A DNA stretch of 64,000 nucleotides from an uncultured Nitrososphaeraceae archaeon. GTDB taxonomy: Archaea; Thermoproteota; Nitrososphaeria; Nitrososphaerales; Nitrososphaeraceae. Each line of letters opens with the position of its first letter. Within the stretch, counting starts at the first letter, position 1. This document shows, in pieces, positions 35,700 to 47,592 of this stretch. The stretch is from positions 1 through 64,000 of the forward strand of contig CAWGVG010000009.1 of the NCBI GenBank assembly GCA_963825865.1. Direction: 5' to 3'. The translations under genes and the position numbers were made by a program. The notes under the pieces are model-generated. The model did no database searches and was not told where the DNA came from. It saw only the letters and a list, made by a program, of their open reading frames with translations.

Positions 35700-36446
35700 G
35701 TGGAAATTCTGCCAATATCAGTCTCAGTAAAAAAAAGTAAGTTTGATCTTTTTGATAGTTTAAATCTATCTGGTTTTAAATTCAGAGAAAATGACATTCT
35801 GATAGTTTCAAGCAAGTATGTTTCAATGAGCGAAGGATCGGTTATGAATCTGGATAAAATAAAGGTTAGCAAAAGAGCGAAATCTCTTGCTTCTGAATAT
35901 CATATGAGTGCAAAACTTGCCGAGCTCACATTACGGGAATCTGATTATATTTACAAAGGAATTCCGGGTTTTTTGCTTGCTATCAAAAATGGAATAATAG
36001 CTCCTAATGCAGGTATTGACAAGTCCAACGTGCCTCGAGGATTTGTCATACTATATCCAAGTAAGCCTTTCAGATCTGCAGAGAACTTGCGACGAAGATT
36101 CCTTGTTAATCGGGGTATTAAAGTTGGTGTTGTTATAGCAGACAGTCGTTTAATGCCTACGCGAATCGGTACTATCGGAGTAGCATTAGCTAGCGCAGGA
36201 TTTGAACCTGTTGAAGATCAAAGAGGGAAAAAAGATTTGTTTGGGAATATTCTCAAAGTTACACTTAAGGCAGTTTCAGATAGCCTAGCTGCTATGGGAG
36301 TAGCAGTTATGGGTGAAAGTAACGAATCCATACCCATTGCTGTTATAAGAGGTATAAAGGTAATTACTACAGATAGAAAGCTCTCTTGGCATGATATGGC
36401 AGTAGATGCAAGACAGGATATTTATATCAGAGGATTACAGAGTTGA
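35700..36446 (+). CDS. cofE: Coenzyme F420-0:L-glutamate ligase
   Basis: DILIVSSKYVSMSEG, PNAGIDKSN, IADS, DQRGKKDLFG, MGESNESIP. Confidence 0.88.
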   Translation: MEILPISVSVKKSKFDLFDSLNLSGFKFRENDILIVSSKYVSMSEGSVMNLDKIKVSKRAKSLASEYHMSAKLAELTLRESDYIYKGIPGFLLAIKNGIIAPNAGIDKSNVPRGFVILYPSKPFRSAENLRRRFLVNRGIKVGVVIADSRLMPTRIGTIGVALASAGFEPVEDQRGKKDLFGNILKVTLKAVSDSLAAMGVAVMGESNESIPIAVIRGIKVITTDRKLSWHDMAVDARQDIYIRGLQS

Positions 36447-36530
36447 ATTATTTCTCCTTCTTAGGATGAACAGATTTTCATGACATAGCGTTTTAATATT
36501 CCATATTATAAAATATGATTGCCATAATAC

Positions 36531-37085
36531 ATGCCCGAATTCCTGACAAGCTATCCTAGACGTATAAATGTGGTAAAGGGATTGCAAGATTTTATACACC
36601 GTGAAGAAATAGAACTTGACCATTTAAGTTTGATGGTAAAAATAAAGAAAGACGAAATAATCAGAACGTTAATTTCAGAGGGTTTCAGACGAGTCAAATT
36701 AGAAAACAAAAAATCTACCCAGATTGGTAACGGATTTACAAAGAAACTCATTAAACCTTGGGAAATACATGTTAGGCTATTGGATATTCAGCAGGGTTTG
36801 ATTGCAATTCAGGCCGAAGTAGAAATCTCCCGGAAATATATCCAACATATTCGCTCGGTAAGAGCGCCAGTTATCTACGAAATAGAATCTATTCTCAAAA
36901 ACCATAGCATAGAATATCAAATCTGGAATGCAAAAGTCAGAGATTATATTACCAACATTATTGACAATCACCAGATTAAACTCAAAGCTCCAAAACTACC
37001 GGCTATGCCTTGGATACCCATGATATGTTTTGGAATAACTATAGCGACACTTGATGCATTAAAATTTCTAGGAGTGCTTCGATAA
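36531..37085 (+). CDS. Conserved hypothetical protein with C-terminal membrane anchor
   Basis: Intact ORF, PWEIHVRL, hydrophobic C-terminus. Confidence 0.6.
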   Translation: MPEFLTSYPRRINVVKGLQDFIHREEIELDHLSLMVKIKKDEIIRTLISEGFRRVKLENKKSTQIGNGFTKKLIKPWEIHVRLLDIQQGLIAIQAEVEISRKYIQHIRSVRAPVIYEIESILKNHSIEYQIWNAKVRDYITNIIDNHQIKLKAPKLPAMPWIPMICFGITIATLDALKFLGVLR

Positions 37086-37086
37086 A

Positions 37087-37890
37087 TTAGTGTTTATTTT
37101 TCAGACTACCTTCATTATCACCTTTGTATAGATGTAATCCGTATTTCCAATTATGTTTTTCCATGTCATCTATAAAGGAAAGCAGAACATCCTCTATGGC
37201 TTTTAAGGCCTTCTGCCCTTTCTGAACAGTTGCTTTCCTTGGCGCTCCTGTTACCCCTGTATTTGTTAGCTCATTAAATCTCCAGTATATTCTTATATTC
37301 TTTGGTAACTTTGGAAATATTTCCTGCGGTGCATATTTCATGTCTACCAAATCAGGACGGGCTGCGAGCATTGCGGAAGTCTCTGCTTCCCCACCATGGC
37401 CAAGTCCATTCCATACATCAAAAAGGTTTTTTGTAATTTCACCAACTAGTACCCACCAAGCTTCTAAACAAGCAATTGCTACTTCGGGGTATTTGTCCTT
37501 TACCACTCTTGCAGCTAGCTCTATGGGAGCAATGTTCCCATCATGTCCGTTTATGACAAGAATCTTTTTTATATCATTTTTAACCAGACTTGCAAAAAGA
37601 TCTTCTATGACTCTTACAAGTGTTTCCGGCTCCAAACTTATGGTCATCTGAAAATCCATATGATGTAAACTAACTCCATATGGAACAGCTGGAAGTATCA
37701 AAACATTCTTATTCTTGTCAGACCTTTCAGCGACCCTTTTTGCTAACTCTATTGGGACAAGGAAATCTGAGCCAAATGGCATATGATCACCGTGGTTTTC
37801 ACATGCACCAAAAATAAGTATTGCCACAGTTTGTCTATTTACATTTTTTCTTACCTGTATTGCATTCATTTCTTCAAGCATACCATGCAA
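37087..37890 (-). CDS. Creatininase-family amidohydrolase
   Basis: GACENHGDHMPFGSD, INGHDGN, HGGEAETS. Confidence 0.88.
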   Translation of the reverse strand: MHGMLEEMNAIQVRKNVNRQTVAILIFGACENHGDHMPFGSDFLVPIELAKRVAERSDKNKNVLILPAVPYGVSLHHMDFQMTISLEPETLVRVIEDLFASLVKNDIKKILVINGHDGNIAPIELAARVVKDKYPEVAIACLEAWWVLVGEITKNLFDVWNGLGHGGEAETSAMLAARPDLVDMKYAPQEIFPKLPKNIRIYWRFNELTNTGVTGAPRKATVQKGQKALKAIEDVLLSFIDDMEKHNWKYGLHLYKGDNEGSLKNKH

Positions 37891-38040
37891 ATTAATTAGT
37901 CGCCTGGTTATTACGGTAATATAATGGTGAATTTAAGTATATAAAATGCATTAAACATTGAGAATACAATCAGACAACTTTTCATGCCCCTGTTATGAAT
38001 GTATGATTTGAATAAGACCTTGTGTTATTAAAAACCTTTA

Positions 38041-40419
38041 TTACAACAGCTCCGCTTGGATATCTCTTGTTCTTTCTTTATGCAATTCCTCATACCATTT
38101 TCTTTTTTTCTTTCTATTATTCCTAGGATTTTCATAAACAGTCCTATCAAAGCCAAAATACCCTAGAACAGTTTCTGCGGCATCAAGTATCATTTCTCTG
38201 TACTTATCCTTGTCATAATTCAGAGTTCTCTTTTCCTCCTTACCGTCTTTTTCTCCATTTTGCAAAATCTCTAAAGGTACAACTCTGCAAAGGGGATTTT
38301 TGTGTTGTGAGTTTGTGTAAATATACTGAATAGTATCACCTTTTGTTGGATACTTTCCTCCTTTATTGTTTAATTGATAGCATTGAATAGCAGCAGAGAC
38401 ATGAGGAAATAAGCTCTTGTACTTTTGCATATACTGTCCAAGCAACTTGGAGATTACAAGATCCTCTTGGCGAATCTCTTCACCTGTCATAATTTTATCT
38501 ATTGCCTTGGTAACCAGTAAAAGAGCATTTTGATATCCTTTGTTTACCACTTCAACTGAATCTTTGCAATCAAAAAGTGTGTATAGCAATTCAGTTTGAA
38601 ATTCTTTTATAAAGTTTGGCCTGACTCTTTGGATAATCTATCTACAACTTGTAGATAATCGCTTATTGTTTTTGTAGTTGTACCAGGCAGCAGCAGCAGC
38701 AGCATCTTTCCTTTTAATAAATACAGAGTCTGTATCTGCATATACCAGCTCATAGCCTAACTGCTGAACAATATCCTTTGTTTTTATCAATATTTCCCTA
38801 GATATTTTGTTTATTTCCTCAAAAGCAAGCACATTACAATATCTATTCCAGAGAGAACCAGTTGCACCATAAAGACAAACTAGTATGTTCTTTAGTGAGT
38901 CAACACGCTGTTGACACCAGAAAGACTCTATGCTCTCCTTTGGTAGTTCTTTTAATAGTCTCTTAAAATAGAGCCGTCTTTTGAGAAATTTTTCCACTAC
39001 TGTTGGCAGTAAGCCTTTCTTTTCGTTGTCATTAGATTGTTGTACCTATGACTACTCCTAACCCTTGTTCTTGCTCCAAGGTAACAGTTTCATAGCTTAT
39101 TGTGATTTACTATTAGATTTGCGTATTCGCTGTCATAATCTAATGCGACAACGTTTTCATGCAGGCCTACCTGAGGGGAAATTATCATACCGCCCTTATC
39201 CCTTGATACCAGTTCCTCTAAAGTCCTAATGCGTTCATGGTTGTTATTATTGTTCTTGCTTCCACCAGAATGATTATTCTTTGAAATAACAAAGCCTCTC
39301 TGGATTAATTCATAACAGTTTCTGCTATCTATTAGACGGTTTATACCATACCTTGAAGCCATCCCCAAAGGAACGAAACCGAACCTTAATCTCTCTATTA
39401 ATCCTGCAAATCCAAAACCATTAAATGCTGGGTGTTGTTGTTGTCTATTGATCCCACCACTACGATCACTGCTTTCAAGGCAAATTCTGCCTTTGATCCA
39501 CTCTGATAATGGGCGCTTTAAATTCATGAAATCGTCTGCTGAGACCTCTCTACCTAGTTGCAAGTTAAGCCCAAGTCTCTTTATTCGTGTAAATAGGTAA
39601 TGAAATATTTTACTCTCAAACTCTCCCACGCAAACAATAATGTCTGGATCTTTATCAATCACATAATTAGAGAAATCCTGAATGATGGTATTTTCTGCAT
39701 TACTTTGGAATGAAACATGTTCTCCATTCTCCTTTGAATCACCGCTTTCATACCTAACCTTTATCATTCTAATCGGATCATCAAAAGTAAATTTTCCTGA
39801 AAATGTCTGAACGTCAAAATATAGTAATGAAAAGGGCGGTGGAGATACCTCTTGTTCATCATCAATTTTGTTTATTTTAAGTACCTTAGTACCATCGGTA
39901 CTCGACTTTAACTTTGCTTGTGGGTTCAATTTTCAATTTGGTAAACAAATATTGCTGGATATGAGAGAGATCTGTATTGAACAATTGCTTGACTCTCTGG
40001 TCTTTTTCTAATATTTTTAGAATGGGCGTATAATACTGCGTGGATTGTGGGTAAACACAAATTATACCAATTAACATTAATTCGCTAACACTTTGCTAAT
40101 ATTTTGAGTTGAAATACGTCGATAGTTGTTAGCGAACTTTTGTTAACTGGTATAGTTTTTTCTTTTTTGTTGTAGTATTATCATGATCAAAAAGATTTGT
40201 AAGCTTGTCCTCCTCCCATCTAACTTTGGCCACTATGGTTTGTTGAGATAATATTTGGAAAAGATGTAATCCATCAGATTCATTTCTGGGTAATATGTAG
40301 AACCTTGGCTGATAAGTGTCTATTAGCTTAAGGATCTGTCTATCGATAGTTTTTATCCACAGGACAGCTTGATTATGTTCTATAGAAATATCAAAAAGCC
40401 AGCCGGTACAACTTGACAT
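38041..40419 (-). pseudogene. polB: Second copy of the PolB2-like polymerase, disrupted
   Basis: Near-identical motifs to 18626-21073; 88-bp MITE insertion; ~150-bp deletion removing KHYYG/RGIEIRRHD. Confidence 0.88.
40065..40152. mobile_element. 88-bp IS630-type MITE inserted in polB copy 2
   Basis: 26-bp TIRs matching 22/26; TA duplicated at 40063-40064 and 40153-40154; empty site visible in copy 1. Confidence 0.88.
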
Positions 40420-40450
40420 TGTTATTATATTATGGCTCCAATTATTCCTA

Positions 40451-40822
40451 CTACTGTTGCTGTTGCTGTAGTTGCTTGTCTCCCTTGGGTTTCATTTCCA
40501 TGTGTATGTCATTTAATTTATCTTGAAGTAACGTGATATCCTGCTTGAGTTCCTCTATTTCAACATCCTTTTCCTTTAATTCCTTTGCCAATACTGCAAT
40601 AAGCTTTCTATTGTGTATTGATGCCATGACATTTAATTTGTCACTAACCGTGGGTAAGGTAGAATTACCCATAGCAGCCTGTTCTGGATTCCAGGCTTCC
40701 TTTAACAGCAAGTCAAATGCACTTTTATGGCCTAAATCTACAAGCGCTGCCTGGAGCTCTGTTCTTAGCTCTGATATCGTTTCCTCATATAGTTGACGGA
40801 ATGATGGCGTTATTCTACCTAT
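40451..40822 (-). CDS. arCOG07300-like small protein, copy 2 (ATA start, 123 aa)
   Basis: ATA GGT AGA ATA ACG CCA TCA TTC CGT, open to the stop at 40451. Confidence 0.7.
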   Translation of the reverse strand: MGRITPSFRQLYEETISELRTELQAALVDLGHKSAFDLLLKEAWNPEQAAMGNSTLPTVSDKLNVMASIHNRKLIAVLAKELKEKDVEIEELKQDITLLQDKLNDIHMEMKPKGDKQLQQQQQ

Positions 40823-40859
40823 ATGTCAACACCCCAAATCAATTTTTTTGGTTCAGAAT

Positions 40860-41405
40860 TCAATCTAAAAGTGTTATTCCTCCACTAAACTTTCTAAGGT
40901 AAAGAACTGTTGATTTGGGAGTTTTCATATACTGATGTTTAACCAATGTCGCTTTAAATGAAGGAATGGCAGCAGTACTGTTAGGATATTCTTTAATATG
41001 TACAATCACATTTGCAGCATGTTTTAGGTATATTCCCCCTATGGGCCTTGGTATTACACCTTTGCTTGTCAAATTCGCATCACCAGTGCATACTAGTGCT
41101 ACTTTACCCTTAGCACAAGCCTTGCAAACTATCCCTACAACCTGCTTCAGGACATTGGCAGTTTCCATTTTCTTTTTTGAGTCTTAAAATCTTGTTAATC
41201 TATTAATTACTAGCAGACTTGATATCCTTGTTAGATTCTATTAGGTCAGCAACCTGTTCTGCAACCAATAGCTGTTGCTGGTCGTTATATGCTGTATGTA
41301 TATACAAGTTCTTAAAAACAATCTTTGGATTTATGCTAGCACATTTTGCTGCAACTCCTAACTTTTCTGGGCTAAGAGACGTCTTTCTACTGTTGTAATA
41401 ATCTA
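40860..41405 (-). pseudogene. 5'-truncated copy of the RadA-like gene
   Basis: Matches 17660-18203 (YYNSRKTSLSPEKLGVAAKC...ATLVKHQYMKTPKS); N-terminal third absent. Confidence 0.8.
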
Positions 41406-41818
41406 CATCCAATTTTTCTATACAAGCCTTTTGTTGAGAACAGTTTATTTCCTTTCAAACCCGGCGAAGATTTGCTCGTAAAGATAGGTAACCACAAGCT
41501 AAGTGTTACAAAACTAATAGATTAAAAATACAGTACAATAGTGATAAATAAAAGGCAAGCTAGTTAATAAACGATAACAATAAAAATTTGCAAAATATAC
41601 AATACTTCAATTGCCTTGTGCTAACATGATTACGGAAAAACTAAGTTGGAGTTAGTTGATAGTGTAAGAAAAATCATTTATAATTAATTTGATTTTAATG
41701 AGCCCTTTTAAGAAACAAAACTATATTTTGTGAAGACACATAGTGTTCTCGTTTACTTATAAGCATTCATTAGTATCATATGAATTCGTAAATAAGATGT
41801 TGTGATATAATTATTATT

Positions 41819-42031
41819 ATGGGACAAAGAGGAAAAGTAACTGATATTTCAGAACAAGCCACCTGTGAAATATGTGGTTTGACAGCTCGTACCAAAGATG
41901 AAATTGAAGAACATATAAGTCGTGCACATGAGACCAAAGGATCGAAAGTCTCATCAGAACAGAAGGTTGATCCCTTTCCAAAAAATATTAAGATATCAAC
42001 AACCGGCGAAAAAGAAGAACAACGTGAGTAA
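41819..42031 (+). CDS. C2H2-type zinc-finger protein
   Basis: CEIC-x12-HISRAH. Confidence 0.65.
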   Translation: MGQRGKVTDISEQATCEICGLTARTKDEIEEHISRAHETKGSKVSSEQKVDPFPKNIKISTTGEKEEQRE

Positions 42032-42174
42032 TCTGATATTTGAAAACAAAACTTTAGGAAGATCCTCAGCCACAAAACTTGAATTAAGGGCTACTGCGAA
42101 GTCATATACAAATATAGCTAACGAGAGATCTGCATTAGTATTCGGTTTGCCAATAACATCAGAATGATACGGAC

Positions 42175-42558
42175 ATGATCTTTAATTTTATCATAACCAT
42201 AATTGTCAAAGCCTTTGCTATTGTCTATAGATGGTTAGATCAATATCTGATAGCATATCTTCTCAACTTTGTCAAAGGATTTGAATTTGCGATAATCATT
42301 ATGTCTATGATATTGTTTCTACTGATTAGTGTATTCTTAACAATAAGACACCTAAAAAAATTGCCAAAATACTACATTATAGAAATTGTAGATGCCTATG
42401 GCAAGAAGACTACAATTGATGACTTAAGACTAATTTTTGCAACTTATGATGCTGCCGAAAGTTATGCCCGTTTTTATCGTGATATATATAAAGAACAATA
42501 CAAATTCAGAGTCATTGGTCTTAAGGATGAACGTATTGTTAACGAAAACAGGCCATAA
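42175..42558 (+). CDS. Hypothetical membrane protein
   Basis: Hydrophobic N-terminal half, small soluble C-terminal domain. Confidence 0.5.
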   Translation: MIFNFIITIIVKAFAIVYRWLDQYLIAYLLNFVKGFEFAIIIMSMILFLLISVFLTIRHLKKLPKYYIIEIVDAYGKKTTIDDLRLIFATYDAAESYARFYRDIYKEQYKFRVIGLKDERIVNENRP

Positions 42559-42872
42559 AGAACAGGACATTTGAAGAATTTAATAGTACAAAATGCAAAC
42601 ATAGAGGTTTCCTTGAATAGTATTCTATTGTTACAGTATTAGAAGCAGAACCAAACGAACTCATAATTTTTGAAACATAGTCCATGATATAAGCAGATTT
42701 GCTTACCATTTTCTTTGAGCAATATATTACGCAGATTCTCAATATTGCTATTTTCATCCATCTTAACAGGGCATTGCAAATGTCCCCTCAGGTAGTTATA
42801 AAGTATTACAATCCAGTATCAAAGTTTATGTTTAATTTACAGATCAATTCAATATGCATATAATACAGGACT

Positions 42873-43480
42873 ATGATGAAATCAAAAGTAGTGGTGCATC
42901 TCTATGAAAGCATATTCTCAAATCTAATCCATTAAAAGATCATATAAAAGAGATCTGATAATATATCTTCCTCCTGGTTATTCTCAATCTTATTCAAAAA
43001 GATATGTTACTGTTTTTGGACTTCCCGGTTTGGGTAGTCAAGGAATGACATTATTAAATGCAGGATCCTCTAGGAGAGAATATTGAAGAAAGAGTGAATC
43101 GTTTGATTCAGGGAAAAAATGTGGCCAATGATTTTGGTGTTAGTGGATTGCTTTACGAGGTTTGGACAGCGTCGATTTACCCTTTAACACGAAAATAGTG
43201 GAAATGTTGCAAAACGCATGGAATCGCTGGCTCTCTTGGGATCCAGTCAGAATGGTTGAGAAGTATGGTAAGAATCTAAATAGGCTAAAATTTATCTGTC
43301 TTGACTGTGGAACTCGAGATGAGTTCAATCTCCACTGGGGAGATAGGATACTTCACTCTAAGCTTGAAAGTACAAATATAAAGCATTATTACGAAGAGTT
43401 CAATGATGGACACATGCAAACTATCGATACGATCAATCACTACCAAAAATTTATTCTGCACTGTCATATGTCGTTTGGAG
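42873..43480 (+). pseudogene. Putative esterase (alpha/beta hydrolase) remnant
   Basis: LKSNPLKDH...IYLPPGY...LVDCFTRFG joined directly to WNRWLSWDP...LDCGTRDEFNLH...EEFNDGH; catalytic middle appears deleted. Confidence 0.65.
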
Positions 43481-43563
43481 TCGATACGGTACAGACGACA
43501 ACGCCCTAAGAGTAACAGTTGTAACCATCATAAATATACTCTGGAATAGAGATTAAGCGAAGG

Positions 43564-44496
43564 TTATGATTTTGTCGCCTTTATCAACACATAATCAATA
43601 ATTCCTTTTTCGGATAAATCTTTCATCTTCAATGCTGATTTATAGACAATATTTTCTGCCCTGTTATAAAGGATATTTTGGAAGTAAGATTGACGTTCCT
43701 TCATAATTATATCTTTGAATATTTTTCTATTTTGAATATAATAATTGGTTAGAGGTGCATATACATGCGATCCTATGAATAGAATATCTTTGATCGTAAA
43801 ACCCTCGTTTGCAATTATTGATTTAATGTTTGTTAATTTATAATGCTCTGATGCCCAAGTTAAAGAAAGAATTCCGAGTTTTATAAATTGCATTAGTGAT
43901 GCAGTGAGAACAGTTGTTATGACTGGGATGGCAATAACAAGCAATCCATCGTACTTCAAGACTCGCCTAGATTCTCGGATAAATTGTATTAATGGTTTAA
44001 AATGCTGCGCAGATTCTAAAGCGACTACTCTGTCTACACAATGATCTACAAATGGCAATATTGTGGCAGTAGCATTTGCTAGTGTTATAACACCATTAAT
44101 ATCAATAGTTTGGCTAATTGATGCATCTTTATAATATGCAATACTGGGAACTATTTTTGTGGCAGCTTCCAGTTGCTGAAGATTGATATTTATACATACA
44201 ATAGTGAGGAAGTTATACCTTGATTTCCAATGTATTGCTGGTGCGGAAAATCCACTTCCAACATCCATCACCTTTCTTGCAGAATGTAAGTCGGCAAATT
44301 CTCCCATTAACGTACAGAGTTCATATTGTGCCTGTAAAGGATTCTTAGTGTTTTTATTCCAGTATCCAAAATTAATCATATTTCCGCCCGTAGCGACCTG
44401 TACAAATGGTGTCAGAAAATTGTAAAAGTTAACAATATCTCGCTCATTTCTCCTGAGCATCCACAAAAAGGAGTTAAGTGGATTTAATAAAACCAA
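43564..44496 (-). CDS. Class I SAM-dependent methyltransferase
   Basis: MINFGYW, VMDVGSGFS, LESAQHF. Confidence 0.85.
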   Translation of the reverse strand: MVLLNPLNSFLWMLRRNERDIVNFYNFLTPFVQVATGGNMINFGYWNKNTKNPLQAQYELCTLMGEFADLHSARKVMDVGSGFSAPAIHWKSRYNFLTIVCININLQQLEAATKIVPSIAYYKDASISQTIDINGVITLANATATILPFVDHCVDRVVALESAQHFKPLIQFIRESRRVLKYDGLLVIAIPVITTVLTASLMQFIKLGILSLTWASEHYKLTNIKSIIANEGFTIKDILFIGSHVYAPLTNYYIQNRKIFKDIIMKERQSYFQNILYNRAENIVYKSALKMKDLSEKGIIDYVLIKATKS

Positions 44497-44912
44497 CGTT
44501 ACTATCTTTTAAGTGTTTTAATACGATATAACGGTTGTTACGCGTGTTGCGTTTGAAGAACTGATATAATGATAATAATATGTCTTGTTTTTATGACGAG
44601 TTTCGAAATTTTCATTCTCAACTACTTCAACAACATAAAAGTAATCACGTATTACTAGTATTCTAACTATCTTTACTGCCGTAGTAAAACTCAGCACAAG
44701 GTTTTAAACAATAAAAAAAGTTCGTTACATGCTTGTTTGGTATTTCTTCTTCAGAAAAGTAAAAATTGTTTTTGTTGAGATTGTACTTAAACCTTAGAAT
44801 CGACTTACGCTAACTCCGCCTCCTGTGGCTTGACATAGTATTCAGAAATTAGTTGGCTACTCTTCTTATATATTGATATATACTACCAAATGATGAATTA
44901 TAGTAATTAATA

Positions 44913-46431
44913 TTGTCACGGAGGATAAATTCTAGAATTTCTCTGAAGATAGGAATTCTAGTAGTCATTGAAATCATCTCTATTATTAGTAGTTTTGGCA
45001 TACTTGCATATTTTCAATCCCAAGGAACATTTTTAGGCAATTCTATAAATATTGCAGGCAAAAATCGATTTCTCACATCTAATCTTCTTTTGCAGACAAT
45101 AGAACGTATTACAGGATCTCCCAATAATGTTCCATTGCTAAATGCTGCAATGAACAAATTGGAATCAAATATATCACTCTTAAAGCAAGGCGGAAAAATT
45201 ATTTCTGACATAGAGATAAAGCCACTTCCTTCACAGTTCTTAGATCAATGGAAAATAATTGATGAAAAGTGGCATGTCTATAAAGAGTTTATTATAGATA
45301 AAGTAATCAACAAATCAAATCAACTAAAAACGACAATGACGGCAACAACAATTGATCAATCGACAAAAAGTGAATTGGAATCGATGGCTTTTAGCTTGGT
45401 TGATTCATCGGATAAATTAGTTGCACAGTTAGGAGAACTTGCGACAAAAAATTCCCAGAATTTAATGGTACTACAGATTCTTTTTGGAATTTTAAATATA
45501 GGTATCCTTATATTTATCCTATACCTTGTAATGAAAATCATCAGACCAATATATGCTCTGACATATGCAACATCTGAAATTAAAAAAGGAAATCTTGATG
45601 TGTCAATAAAGTGTAAAGGCAACGACGAACTTTCAATTCTCAGCGAGTCATTCAATTCCATGGTAGATTCTATAAAAAACTATGTTAAAAATCAGAATGA
45701 GTTAGCAAATGAGCTGAAAGAAGCAAATGAGCAATTGAAAGATAAAGATCGATTAAAAGATGAATTCATTAATATCGCAGCCCATGAGTTACGTACTCCT
45801 ATCCAACCTATACTTGGGTTGTCGGAAATACTTCTTCGTTCTCGTAAGGTAAATGGTAAAACTGATACAGAAGGAGAACAATCCCTAGAAGCTATCATTA
45901 GGAATTCAAAAAGATTGTTCCGACTTTCACAAGATATTTTAGATGTTTCAAAAATTGAAAGTCATTCTCTTGACCTAAAGAAAGAACGATTCAATCTAAA
46001 TGATGTGATTCTTGAATATCATCGAAGATTATATCAATCAAGCTGAAAAAGAAGGAAAGAGAGATATTAAGTTATTATATGAACCAAGGGAAGATATTTT
46101 TGTAGAAGCAGACAGAGGAAGGCTAAACCAGGTTATTTCTAATTTGATTAGTAACGCTGTCAAATTTACTAAAGAAGGAACTATATTTGTCAATGCAGAA
46201 AAGAAAGACAAACAACAGGTTATCGTTAGCATAAAGGATAGTGGCATTGGTATAGATCCCCAAATACAACCAAGGCTTTTTACAAAATTTGCTACAAAAT
46301 CACATACAGGTACTGGGTTAGGATTGTTTATCTCCAAAAATATCATAGAAGCTCACGGTGGCAGAATATGGGCTGAAAACAATTCTAATGGCAAAGGAGC
46401 TACATTTTCATTTAGCTTTGCCAATAAGTAA
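44913..46431 (+). CDS. Sensor histidine kinase: PilJ/NarX-like periplasmic domain, HAMP, HisKA, HATPase (frameshift ~46015)
   Basis: TM, INIAGKNRFLT, TM, DELSILSESFNSM, AAHELRTPIQP, NLISNAVKFT, DSGIGI, GTGLGL. Confidence 0.9.
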
Positions 46432-46636
46432 ACAACAGCAGACAGACGTAAAGGAAACTAATCATCTTTAACACCATCAAGAATAAAAACATTGCTTGTG
46501 AATAACCATCAGAGATAAAATGCTTTAGAATGTTTTTAAAAGATATACTGCTTTGTATTTGATGCGTTCTACGAACCTATGTCTGGCATTATAATTTATT
46601 TGTTCTATTACTCCCCAGGCGACATATAAGATTTTG

Positions 46637-47107
46637 TTAATCTGGTCCCACAATAGGCAACGCCTTACTAGGTGGTAAGTTAAAAGTATTTTGTTCTCGC
46701 TCTTTCTCTATTACTTTTTCAAACTCAATTGAGATCTCTACTGGTGCATTGAATTTTAGGCTCAGTTCATTGGCAAGGATTCCAATAGATTTTGGGTCAG
46801 CAAATTCTTTTGAACCATTCAAGAAGACCCTTGTCTGACTATACAAAACCTTGCCGCCAAATTTTGCGTGAAGAAAATTTACAAGCTCTTGAACAATTTT
46901 TGGTGGAATTTCGTTATAGTAGAACGATATACCGTGAACAGGCTCGTTCTCATAAGGTGTGCCGTACTTAAACCAGAAAATACCGACTTGCTGATATTCA
47001 CCTAGAATACATTTGATCTCCCAGTGATTAGTCTTTTCAATAGGATACCTTGCCTCTAAAACATCAGTAATGCCTAATCTCCAATATCTGACACGCATAT
47101 TTACCAA
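46637..47107 (-). CDS. Conserved hypothetical protein
   Basis: Intact ORF among core genes. Confidence 0.6.
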   Translation of the reverse strand: MVNMRVRYWRLGITDVLEARYPIEKTNHWEIKCILGEYQQVGIFWFKYGTPYENEPVHGISFYYNEIPPKIVQELVNFLHAKFGGKVLYSQTRVFLNGSKEFADPKSIGILANELSLKFNAPVEISIEFEKVIEKEREQNTFNLPPSKALPIVGPD

Positions 47108-47592
47108 ATGTAATTTGATAGCTTTGTATAATAATGTACTACAGCACTCAATCTTACAGACTAGGGAAAGTCAACAATTCTGATATTATCATTCATTTTC
47201 ATGATCTTGCAAAGTTATTATATTGTCAGTATTTTTTGCAGATATACAGAGCTAAGCAATATTGCGATACCATTATAGAATTTGTATCGAACATGATAAA
47301 CGACTTTGCCATTGCTTTTTTCTTAGAAATGATATTCTAAGAAGGTTGTTATTAGAATTTGAATTGTTCTCTTATTTAGTATAATGAAATTTGATGTAAT
47401 TTGATTCCATTAGCAATAACTAAGTGTAATAAATAACTGATGTATGACAGAAGACAAGAAACAATCAATCGATCGAATCTAGTTATTTTTATGAGCTGTT
47501 TTTAACAGTTTCAGATGAAGAATTATTGTTAATTTATTCTATAAACACATATTATATATTTGCTCGTCATCTCATCCCATTGGTATTAAAAT

